From an uncultured Phycisphaerales bacterium (lineage in GTDB: Bacteria; Planctomycetota; Phycisphaerae; Tepidisphaerales; Tepidisphaeraceae), in assembly GCA_963844715.1 (NCBI GenBank), contig CAWJPJ010000007.1:832001-896000 (forward strand): 64,000 bases of DNA. Reading direction: 5' to 3'. Positions 55,219-64,000 of the stretch are shown piece after piece (the first letter of the stretch is position 1; every line of letters starts with the position of its first letter). A program made the position numbers and the translations under genes. The notes under the pieces were generated by a model. The model worked only from the letters and a program-made list of their open reading frames with translations. It made no database searches and was not told where the DNA came from.

Positions 55219-56559
55219 TCAGGCTACATAACCACACAGTTGCCGCCGAGCGCATCGCGTCGCGCAAAACCGGTCGGGATGCCGAGAGTGTCGGCGCTCG
55301 CAGGCGGCGTTGAACTCGATCAGTTCGCCCAAATCGACGTCGCCCACCGTCATCAAGCTCGTCATATCCACCTTGGCGTAAATCTCAGTGGACTGAACGA
55401 TGGAGTGCCCAAGATGATCGCCGATCTGTTTGAGGCTGAATCCCTCCGACAACAAATGGGTTGCACAAGCATGACGCAAGCCGTGCGGTCCGTAACGCTT
55501 GAGCTTTTGGCCCAGCGACTTCTGGCGGTCGCAGACGACCGTGGCAGCCGACATCAACGGGCGATAAGGCTGAAGCATGGAAATGAAGACCTCTCTGTGC
55601 CGGCAGATGGGCCGGATCTTCAGATAGGCGACGATGGCATCACCCACGGTGGAAATGAGCGGATAGGTTCCGACACGATGCAGCTTCGGCCGTGGCGGAC
55701 GAATGACCCCATTCTCCCAGTCGATATCTTCCAGGCGCAGGCCGCAAACTTCGCCTGAGCGAAAACCATAAACGGCCATCAACAGCATCATCGCGCGATC
55801 GCGAACGTCGACAGGATCGTTGGTATCGGCTGAATCAAGCAGTTCACGGACTTGTGCCCATGTCGGCCCCTGGGGGTAGCGTTCGTGGCGATAGAGCCGC
55901 GGCGCATGGATGCAGTCCCACAGGGTTGGTTCGCAACCGCGCCGACCGCCGAGCCAGCGCAAGAACACGCGCACGTGACAGATATGGCTGGCGATGGAGC
56001 ACCGCGACCATCGCGTGAACTGTGGTTCCTGTAGATAGCCCGTCAACATTCGCGCGTCGAGCTTCCGCAAATCGCCGCCCGGATGTTTGGCCGCCCAGGC
56101 TAGAAACAGGCCAACGTCGCGGCGGTAAATGCCGACGGTACAGGGCGACCATCCATGTTCGGCGCGCTTGAACTCGATAAAACCCTGCATCAGATCATCG
56201 AAAGGCCCGCGGATGAACGAACGTTCCATGCGTCCGCAAAATGCCAGCCAATGTCTTATCCGGCCCAGGAATTTATGGATGGTGGCGGCCGATGGCTTCC
56301 TACGATGCAAGCCGCCGCGAAAGTTGCCGTCACGCCATTTAGGACCCAACGTGCGCAACTGTTCCTCGTTAACAACCTGTCCAGGCTTGAGGTCCAGCAA
56401 TATGGCAGCATGGAGGGTATATCCAGCAGCATGTTTGAACGTCTCCAGCGCGCGGCCATCTTCGACCAGATGCCGCAGGTAACGTTCCCGTTCCTCGCGC
56501 ATCGGGCTTTCGCGGTGCAACTGCAAATGCTTTCGACGGGTGACAAACTGCTCAAACAT
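55219..56559 (-). CDS. ritA: RIT1 recombinase A
   Basis: RDRAMMLL..YGFRSGEV, GPHGLRHACA, IGDHLGH..TEIYAKVD. Confidence 0.92.
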   Translation of the reverse strand: MFEQFVTRRKHLQLHRESPMREERERYLRHLVEDGRALETFKHAAGYTLHAAILLDLKPGQVVNEEQLRTLGPKWRDGNFRGGLHRRKPSAATIHKFLGRIRHWLAFCGRMERSFIRGPFDDLMQGFIEFKRAEHGWSPCTVGIYRRDVGLFLAWAAKHPGGDLRKLDARMLTGYLQEPQFTRWSRCSIASHICHVRVFLRWLGGRRGCEPTLWDCIHAPRLYRHERYPQGPTWAQVRELLDSADTNDPVDVRDRAMMLLMAVYGFRSGEVCGLRLEDIDWENGVIRPPRPKLHRVGTYPLISTVGDAIVAYLKIRPICRHREVFISMLQPYRPLMSAATVVCDRQKSLGQKLKRYGPHGLRHACATHLLSEGFSLKQIGDHLGHSIVQSTEIYAKVDMTSLMTVGDVDLGELIEFNAACERRHSRHPDRFCATRCARRQLCGYVA

Positions 56560-56830
56560 CGCGGAACAAATCGAGATCGGCTTTGCCCGCTGCTTCGGCA
56601 ATGAGGCGTGGACGATCAATTAGTTATGTTGCGAGTATCGGCGTGGGAGTGGAACAGCATTAGCTGATCGAATGATGGCGCACACGGGATGAATCCAACG
56701 AAAATAATGCTCTTGCCGTAACAGATCAGAAGCGAGAAGGCCCACAGACCACAGGAACATCTCTTACGGCCGAGCACATAACTAAACTCAACACATAAGT
56801 ACGATTATGTGGTGGACAACATAACAAGCC

Positions 56831-57286
56831 ATAGGGCTGGCTGACGCCGAATTCGGCGGCGATGGATTCAACGCCTTTCGCTTCCTCCCGCGCCAACTTG
56901 GCGAAGGCTTCGGCTTCGTCCAGCGGGTGCATCGGCTCCCGGATAAAGTTCTCGGCCAGCGCCAAGGCGTCGGCCGTGTCGTCATCGACGGAACGCAGGA
57001 TGCACGGCACTTTCGGCGGTCGCCCCCCCTTGGCTGAATCCTTAAACACGGCGCAGCGCGCTGCCAGACGGCCATTGCCGACAATCACCCGGTAGCCACC
57101 GGCTACTTTGTCATCGGCGCGGACCACCAGCGGTTGGATCAGGCCAAACGCCCGAATCGACGCGACTTTCTGCCGATGGGCGTCCCGTTCCGGCTTGACG
57201 CGGCGGGGATTCCGCTTGTTCGGAATCAGCTTCGACAACGCAACGGAAATCTGAACACCATGAAATTGAGATAGATTGCGAGTCAT
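56831..57286 (-). pseudogene. parB: ParB-family protein, N-terminal part (ParBc domain plus HTH start)
   Basis: NPRR, SIRAFGLIQPLVV, GNGRLAA, ENFIREPMHPLDEAEAF, IAAEFGVSQPY. Confidence 0.9.
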
Positions 57287-57319
57287 AAAAATAGCTCTCT
57301 GTCGATAAAGTTGAATGAA

Positions 57320-57556
57320 TCAAATACCTTGTTGGCCTTTCGCCGGCGCGTCGGGGTTGCCGACACGGACCTCAACGCGAGGCCCATAGCGGTACACGTC
57401 CACGGTCATTCGTCCGTCCTCATGCTGGACCAGACTGATCAGACCGCCGTTGCCGCCGCCGCCGACAAATTCGACGATCCGCTCGCAGGGAGCGGCATAG
57501 TGATTGGCAACACAATTCTTGATGACACGGGGCCTTTGCTGCAATGGCTGGCACAT
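57320..57556 (-). CDS. Small hypothetical protein
   Basis: 78-aa ORF filling the gap between ssb and parB on the same strand. Confidence 0.5.
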   Translation of the reverse strand: MCQPLQQRPRVIKNCVANHYAAPCERIVEFVGGGGNGGLISLVQHEDGRMTVDVYRYGPRVEVRVGNPDAPAKGQQGI

Positions 57557-57568
57557 GGGACACCTCGG

Positions 57569-58030
57569 CTAAATCGGAATATCCCGGCCCGCGCGGGCAA
57601 ACTCGCCTTGGGCGGGCTGCTCTGGTCTGGCGCTCTTGGCATTGTTTCGGCGCTGACCACGCCCCTTGCGTTCGGCGGGTGGACCGTTGCTGCCCGGCTT
57701 GCGATCGACAAACCGGAACTGTTCGACAACCACGCGAATCTTGCTGCGCCGCTGGCCGTCTTCCTGTTCCCACTGTTCCAGCCGCAAGCGGCCTTCGATG
57801 TGGATCGGGCGTCCCTTGGTCAAGCTCTCGCCGATAGTCTGCCCTGTCTTGCCGAAGGCGGAACAGTCGATAAATAGCACGTCCTCACGGTCGCCACCCT
57901 TAGCATCTTTCCACCGGCGATTGACCGCCAGTGAGAAATCGCAAACCCGGGTATCGGAGTTGGGCAGCGCCTTTAACTCCGGGTCCCGCGTCAGGTGTCC
58001 CATGAGGATCACCTTGTTGTAGTTGGCCAT
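57569..58030 (-). CDS. ssb: Single-stranded DNA-binding protein
   Basis: NKVILMGHLTRDPEL, FSLAVNR, KGRPIHIEGRL, C-terminal DIPI; AAGGAGA RBS. Confidence 0.95.
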   Translation of the reverse strand: MANYNKVILMGHLTRDPELKALPNSDTRVCDFSLAVNRRWKDAKGGDREDVLFIDCSAFGKTGQTIGESLTKGRPIHIEGRLRLEQWEQEDGQRRSKIRVVVEQFRFVDRKPGSNGPPAERKGRGQRRNNAKSARPEQPAQGEFARAGRDIPI

Positions 58031-58139
58031 GATGAATCTCCTTGTGTAAATGGCCACTGATGAGTGCGGCGTCACCGTGACAACCGCTCCCAGCCCGCCC
58101 CGGCGAAACACAACCGGGATGGGTTCGGGAGGGGTTGGC

Positions 58140-59262
58140 TCAGATATCCGTCATTTGGAAATCTTGGACTTCCCCGCCTGTGCCTTCGCCTTCTGCGGCG
58201 GAGGCTTTGGCTTCGATGGCCAGTCCCAACGCGCTGTAGTAGGCGGCTTGCTTCAATCGGTGCGATGCGCCGAACCAGACGGAATCGAGCCGACGATTCA
58301 GCTTTTCAGCCGGGTTCAATCCCCGGTAATTCCGCTGATGGTCGGCCCATTCGCTCACCGCGTTGTACGCCGCCCATGCGGTGTGCTTCATGCTGGGGAG
58401 CGTGTTCCGCTCGTTATCGAAATTGGCGAGCAACTGACCGAAAACCTTCTCTCGGCTCTTCTTCTGGCGGTCGGTCCCGCCGGGAACATCCGCACCCGCC
58501 AACCCCCGGAAGTAACCCGATGCCTCGGTTACGCTGAGGTCTTTGGCAAGCATCGCGTGAAGTTCTTCGTCAAACTGGTCGAACCGCGCCGCGATGATCC
58601 CTAACTTGGTGCGGGCCTCGGCAATCCGGCTTTCCAACCGGGGATGATGGGAAATGGTCAATCCGTCCATGCCCGCCTCACGCATGGCCAGATTGAGTGT
58701 GTTCTGACAGACCACGCGCACGGTCGTCGGAATCATCCGAAGCGCCTGGCTTCCGTCGTGAGTGTTGGTCAAGAGAACATAGGGCTTAATCAGGTCGTCG
58801 GCTCCGGCCCGGTATTCCCTGGGAATCCTGCGCCAGCATCCACACGCGCTTACCGCCGTGGAGACTGCCCGCCGTCTCGTATATGGCGAGCTTGTCGCCG
58901 ACCAGCGCATCCATAAAATCGAAGGCTTCCCGATTCTGGAATACGCGGTAACGTCTGCCCACCACGCCCAACACCGCTTTCGTATCGGTGCGAACGTTGG
59001 CGACAAACTCCGGTACGTCCACTTCGACAGGCTCAGTGCGGGCCGCCTCCTGACTATTGTTGTCCGGGTCGCTAGTCGCGCGCTCTGCCGAGCGGAAAGC
59101 CCGGACCGGCCATTGCTCTACGTGCCAATCCAACCCGGCGAGGCTGATCGCCTCGGCGCTGGTGGTTGCCTGTTCGATCACTATGCCCAAGCGATGCCAA
59201 GCAGGCTCGCCCGTCACAAAAACTGCCGCTCGTCCGGTTGTCTGGTCGATCTCGTGTGCCAC
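58140..59262 (-). CDS. DUF932-family phage/plasmid protein (frameshift near 58830)
   Basis: PAWHRLG, AGLDW, YETAGSLHGGKRVW, NTHDGS, VRVVCQNTL, TAWAAYNAVSEWADH; GTG start with GGGAGG RBS. Confidence 0.9.
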
Positions 59263-59329
59263 AAGACACCTCCCGAAAAGGAAGAAAAACTCCAAACCGG
59301 GAAGGCGTAGGCCCAAAGCCCACGCAATA

Positions 59330-59375
59330 TTTTTGACCTCCCGGCTTCGGTAGAAGCACGCCGGGAGGTCAAAAA
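59330..59375. promoter_or_regulatory. Perfect 16-bp hairpin upstream of the DUF932-ssb-parB operon
   Basis: TTTTTGACCTCCCGGC-14 nt-GCCGGGAGGTCAAAAA. Confidence 0.55.
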
Positions 59376-59602
59376 CATGAGATCCATCTGGCTGGCGACG
59401 GGAACGCGAGCGCAGCGGACGAAGGGCATGCCACGCGCAGAGGTTGAGAGTTGCATATGTGCGTTTATGTTGAGTTCCGAATTATTTTTGAGTTCGGCGG
59501 AAAATCCCTGCATTTCGGGGGTTCTGAGCAGAATGGCGAAGCGGTTTGCTTCACATAATCCTGATGTCTTTCTTATGCCCATGTGGCGGAAAGGAAGGCG
59601 TC

Positions 59603-60863
59603 ATGTCTCACGATCTGTTTCTTCGATGTGTTCGCAGGCGGATCAGCGGCAATCCACAGGAACCGCTGTTGGAGCGATTCCTGATTTATCTCACCCAGCG
59701 TGGTTACGCTCCGGGAACGTGGTATCGGCTTCTGCGCATTGCCGATCACTTCGGGCGATGGCTTGGCCCTGGACCTTTGACGTACAAGGCGGCGCAGGGC
59801 TTCCTCAAACGCCATTTGCCGAGGTGCCGATGCACAACGCATTCGCTGCGCAGCCTGCAATGCAATCGCGAAGCGCTGCGGCTTTTGCTTGAGATGGCCG
59901 CAATCACGCCGACTCCGTCGCCAGCCCCCATGCATTTTGCGGATCGGCTGCTGGAACAATATGGACAGCACCTGATACAGGCGAGAGGACTCGCGCCGGT
60001 GACTGTCCATCATCGGTTGGATCTGGCCAGGCGAATGCTTCGACAGTTCCGAGTGCGTCAATCATCACAGTTCCGCGCCTGGACGGCCGCTCAGATCCAG
60101 CAATACATCGCGCGAATGGTGCGTCCTTACCAGACGTCCACCGGCCGCGCCATGACTTCAGCGACTCGCTCGTTCCTATGCTATTTACTGCAAAATCGCT
60201 TGATTCGGCGGGATTTGGCCGCGGCGGTTCCCGCATTGGCCCATTGGCGATTAGCGCCCTTGCCCAACACTCTGACAATCAAGGAGATTGAACGGCTCCT
60301 CAGGGCTGTCCGGCAATGCACCCCGCTCAATCTTCGCGACCGCGCCATTCTCCTGTGCATGGTCGAACTGGGTCTCCGGCGCCCCGACGTGACGGGACTG
60401 GAAGTCATCGGGGTGGATCTGGCCCATCGAGTGTTGCGCCTTCAACATCACAAGGAACGGGAGGCGGCGGCAACGCCCATGACCAGCCGACTGGCAGAGG
60501 CGATTGAAGCGTATCTCCGCAAAGGCCGTCCTGCCTGCCAGTCACCGTTCCTGTTCGTCTCGCATCGCGCCCCGGTTGGCAAGCCCTTGTCCACTGCCGG
60601 CCTTGGACACATCGTGCTCAGGATTGCTGGTCGCGCGAGATTGCAGGGCCGCGTCAGGGGCACCCATATATTTAGGCATAGTCTCGCCAGCCGACTGCTC
60701 GCTTCGGGAGGCGCCTTAAACAAATCGCCGACGTGCTGGGTCATCAGTCGATTGAGACAACGATGATTTATACCAAAGTCGATCTGCCGCGCTGATGCAG
60801 GTGGCGTTGCCTTGGCCCGGGGGCGCCAAAGACAAAACCTCCGCCGGGGAGGTGCGGCCATGA
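59603..60863 (+). CDS. ritA: RIT2 recombinase A (2 frameshifts near the 3' end)
   Basis: RDRAILLCMVELGLR, THIFRHSLA; shifted frames give IADVLGH..TTMIYTKVD and VALPWPGG. Confidence 0.9.
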
Positions 60864-61816
60864 CACACCAACTGACGATGGTTCGCCACGCCAGAGCCTA
60901 CCTTGAATACCGCCGCTCCCTGGGCTTTGCACTGCGCGGTCATGGCAGATTGGCGATGCAATTCGCTCGTTTCCTCGATCGCCGCCGTCACGAGCTTCCA
61001 ACGATCGGCCTGATGCTGCGCTGGGTCAATGGAAAGGGAACGCATTCCCAAAGCTATCGCGCCAGTCGTTTAACGGCGGTTCGCAGTTTTGCACGCTATC
61101 TGGCGGCAAGGGATGAACGAATCCCCATCCCGCCCGCCCGACTCTTATCCGTGAGGATTCGGCGCTGTCGGCCTCACATTTACAGCCCGCTGCAACTTGA
61201 GCAGCTGCTGTCCGCTGCCGGGCGGCTGCATCCTCACTTTGCGCTTCGCCCTTTGACCTATCAGACGCTTCTGGGACTGATCGCCGCCACAGGCTTGCGC
61301 ATCTCTGAAGCCATCAGGCTCCAGCGCGGACAGATCGATTTGAAGCGTGGTCTGCTGGAGATTACGCAGACCAAATTCAAAAAGTCACGCCTTGTGCCGA
61401 TGCACCCGACCACAACGCGGGCCTTGCGCCATTACCGCGATAAGCGCGATCAGCAATGGGGAACACGACAGGAAGCACCATTCTTTCTCAACGCCGCAGG
61501 CCGATATTTGCCATCGGAAACGGTACAGGCTGTATTCCGTCGGCTTTGCGAAGGTCTCGGCTGGCATCGGGGCAACGGCGAATTACCCAAACCACGCCTC
61601 CATGACCTGCGCCACAGCTTCGCCTGCCGCCGCCTATTGATCTGGCATCGCAATGGCGACGACATCGGGAACCGCATCGCCGCGCTGGCGACGTACCTGG
61701 GCCATGGCAGGGTCCGGGACACCTATTGGTATCTCACCGGCACCTCGGAACTGCTTGCCATTGCGGGAGACCGCTTCGGACGATTCGCCGATTCGGCAGA
61801 AGGGAGCAACCCATGA
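60860..61816 (+). CDS. ritB: RIT2 recombinase B
   Basis: RRSLGF, PHIYS, TGLRISEA, TKFKKSRLVP, PRLHDLRHSFA, LATYLGH..TYWYL. Confidence 0.93.
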   Translation: MTHQLTMVRHARAYLEYRRSLGFALRGHGRLAMQFARFLDRRRHELPTIGLMLRWVNGKGTHSQSYRASRLTAVRSFARYLAARDERIPIPPARLLSVRIRRCRPHIYSPLQLEQLLSAAGRLHPHFALRPLTYQTLLGLIAATGLRISEAIRLQRGQIDLKRGLLEITQTKFKKSRLVPMHPTTTRALRHYRDKRDQQWGTRQEAPFFLNAAGRYLPSETVQAVFRRLCEGLGWHRGNGELPKPRLHDLRHSFACRRLLIWHRNGDDIGNRIAALATYLGHGRVRDTYWYLTGTSELLAIAGDRFGRFADSAEGSNP

Positions 61817-62826
61817 AAGCCAAGGAACTTATCCCCACGCTTCCACTGGCGCCGTTACTCCAGAACTATTTTTGTTCTCATTTGATCGGCCAGCGCGACC
61901 TGAGCCGGCGGACGATCCATGCCTATCGCGACACATTCCGGCTGCTGCTGAAGTTCCTGGCTCACCGCTTCAAGTTGATGCCCGAAGCATTGCGCGTGAG
62001 TGATCTGGACCCGCCAAGAGTCCTTGCCTTCCTTGATGACCTGGAACAATCCCGTGGCAACGGCGTTCGCACCCGCAACGCCCGGTTGGTGGCGATCCAT
62101 TCCTTCATGCGCTACATCGCATCCGTCGAGCCGTCGTTGTTGAATGTGGCCCAGCGCATTCTTGCGATTCCCGCCAAGCGATTCGATCGCCCATCCATCG
62201 GCCATCTTACGCGCCAGCAGATGCAAGCCATTCTGGACGCGCCTAATGCCGCGACGCGCGGCGGACAGCGCGACCGTCTTCTGTTGATGATGCTGTACAA
62301 CACCGGCGCGCGAGTGTCGGAGGTGGCGGCTCTTCACGTACACGATGTGCGCCTGGATTCCCAAGCCACGGTGCAGTTGCACGGGAAAGGACGGAAGAAT
62401 CGCGCCGTACCGCTGTGGCGTTCGACAACGCGATTGCTGCGGCAGTGGCTCAAGGACACTGGCGCCGCGCCTGAATCCCCGCTGTTTCCCAATGCACGAG
62501 GCGAGCCGATGAGCCGGCATGGCATCGCCCAGCGCTTGGCAACGGCCGTGGCTCGCGCCTCGAAGAAGTTGCCGGGTTTGGGGAACATCCGCGTGACTCC
62601 ACACAAAATCCGGCACTCCACGGCCATGCACCTGCTGCAATCGGGCGTGGATCTTTCAGTCATTGCGATGTGGCTGGGCCACGAACACATCGAAACAACA
62701 CATCAATACCTGGACGCCGATCTGGAATCGAAGAAACAGGCGTTGGCATGCTTGGATTCACCCCGTCTGCACCGGTATCGCCGCTCTGCGCCCAAACCGC
62801 TCCTTCAGTTCCTGGAAGGCCTGTGA
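61813..62826 (+). CDS. ritC: RIT2 recombinase C
   Basis: RTRNARLVAIHSF, YNTGARVSE, GKGRKNR, TPHKIRHSTAMHLL, WLGHE..TTHQY. Confidence 0.93.
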   Translation: MKAKELIPTLPLAPLLQNYFCSHLIGQRDLSRRTIHAYRDTFRLLLKFLAHRFKLMPEALRVSDLDPPRVLAFLDDLEQSRGNGVRTRNARLVAIHSFMRYIASVEPSLLNVAQRILAIPAKRFDRPSIGHLTRQQMQAILDAPNAATRGGQRDRLLLMMLYNTGARVSEVAALHVHDVRLDSQATVQLHGKGRKNRAVPLWRSTTRLLRQWLKDTGAAPESPLFPNARGEPMSRHGIAQRLATAVARASKKLPGLGNIRVTPHKIRHSTAMHLLQSGVDLSVIAMWLGHEHIETTHQYLDADLESKKQALACLDSPRLHRYRRSAPKPLLQFLEGL

Positions 62827-63560
62827 TTATGTTGAGCCATCATGCACGAGAACCCCCGAAATGCAGGGATTTTCCGCCGAACTCAAAAATAATTCGGAAC
62901 TCAACATAAACGCGCAGGCCCGCAGCGCTGTACTCAGCGTGAGGAACCGAGCATGGCAAGGCCGTACTCGGCCGGTGGCGTTTCGATAGCGGAGTCGAGC
63001 TAGACGTGCTGCGTAGGCCCGCTGCATCTGGTCCCGGCGCGCGCGGGGGCCTTTCAACAACTTAGCGGGCCTACCCTCCACCCCATGTTCCCGGCGCCAT
63101 CCTTATTGTTTCCGACAGTCATCACACCGGATTGACGGCCAAGGAGAGGAGGTGCGGAGGAGAGGACCGGCCTGAGGTCCTCTTCTCTGCATTCGCATTT
63201 CTTTATTTATAGAATGGCAAGCAGGGGCGTTTCTCTCGGTCGATAGTCTTGCGCTGTAATGGATATATGGCCGGTTTTAGCGTCGGGTCAGGAGAGCGTG
63301 ATGGTCACGACTTCCATCCCCTACGGTGTACCAAATGGCAGTGGACGCCGTATACCGCATTTTGCGGGTTGAGCTTGGATGCCGATTCTCGAAAAGTTTT
63401 TTTTAATCCAAGGGACGGCGGTCGCATTAATCTCCTAAAATCTCCAAGTAGTAACAGCGGCTGTATTGATATTGCCCTCCTCATCATGCTACGCCGGGTT
63501 GCTGTCAAGTGAACTGATTCATTGCGCATGCGGCCGCACTGTCCCGAAAGGAGACTCATC

Positions 63561-63944
63561 ATGCGGACCAAAGAGATTCGTGCTGAAGAGTGGCCGCCAT
63601 TTTTCAATGAGTTTACGCAGCTTCACCACGGTAAGCGCGTGAACGTGGAAACGCTGGGTAGCGGCGGGCTGGGCGTTACATCGCATGTGCGCGATCTGCC
63701 CTTGGTGGGGATTGTGGCCGCCGATCCCAAGGGCGGCACGGGCGAGTGGATTGAGATTATCGCCGGCGATTCCGCTCAAACTCACGCTACGCATTCCGTT
63801 CCCAATCCAGCTCATGTGCATCTGGCCGAGGAAGAGGACGGAAAAGCCGTGGCGCTACAGATCGAGTCAGCTAAGGGATTGGTAACAATGATCCGCTTTG
63901 AGAAGAAGAGTGAAGGAATGCCCCCGGGATTCACCATTGAGTGA
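63561..63944 (+). CDS. DUF5335-like hypothetical protein
   Basis: EIRAEEWPPFFNEFT..H.G..LPLVGI; AAGGAGA RBS. Confidence 0.7.
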   Translation: MRTKEIRAEEWPPFFNEFTQLHHGKRVNVETLGSGGLGVTSHVRDLPLVGIVAADPKGGTGEWIEIIAGDSAQTHATHSVPNPAHVHLAEEEDGKAVALQIESAKGLVTMIRFEKKSEGMPPGFTIE

Positions 63945-64000
63945 ATAGGGTGCTTCAGGATGCAGCCGACTAAGTGCAAGCATCCCAGATGGACAAATAT

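Larger units (their letters stand above)
53180..56830 (-). mobile_element. RIT element 1 (recombinase in trio), inserted in parB
   Basis: Three adjacent tyrosine recombinases; terminal IR 53180-53206 vs 56772-56798 (23/27 identical); removal restores parB. Confidence 0.93.
59439..62913 (+). mobile_element. RIT element 2
   Basis: Three overlapping tyrosine recombinases; perfect 65-bp IR 59461-59525 / 62849-62913; left edge uncertain (59439 vs 59461). Confidence 0.93.
40986..63000. mobile_element. Integrative conjugative-type element inserted at the tRNA-Arg 3' end; right boundary not visible and may extend beyond the window
   Basis: Integrase converging on the tRNA, xis, trb operon, parB, ssb, DUF932, nested RIT elements. 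Confidence 0.85.

Noticed and set aside
62914..64000. Right attachment site of the integrative element
   Set aside because: No copy of the tRNA-Arg 3' end was found by eye, so the boundary cannot be placed and DUF5335 cannot be assigned as cargo or host.

Overview
GC-rich bacterial chromosome segment, inferred to be Planctomycetota (PEP-CTERM protein, groEL-groES-groEL-dnaJ-grpE cluster, gene style). Single-base frameshifts occur throughout, including in essential genes, and are best read as long-read sequencing errors. Positions 1-40.9 kb are mostly core genes (ddl, pssA/psd, infA, rimO, folC, aroC, apt, lpxA, amt, ychF, sthA, chaperones, yacG). They are interrupted by an AT-richer nuclease-like gene, a RAYT (Y1 HUH) transposase whose three ~34-bp repeats also bracket a foreign cargo gene and abut a truncated OGT-like gene, a toxin-antitoxin insert in the chaperone operon, and several families of periodic inverted repeats at gene junctions. 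From tRNA-Arg(UCG) at 40912-40985 to at least ~63 kb lies an integrative conjugative-type element: integrase, excisionase, a trbC-trbI mating-pair operon with no trbB, traG or relaxase in view, parB, ssb and DUF932. Two distinct recombinase-in-trio (RIT) elements have inserted into it. The most striking signals are the shared 6+20+6-bp end architecture of the two RITs, one of which splits parB at a precisely reconstructable, frame-preserving site, and the RAYT repeat/cargo-cassette arrangement.
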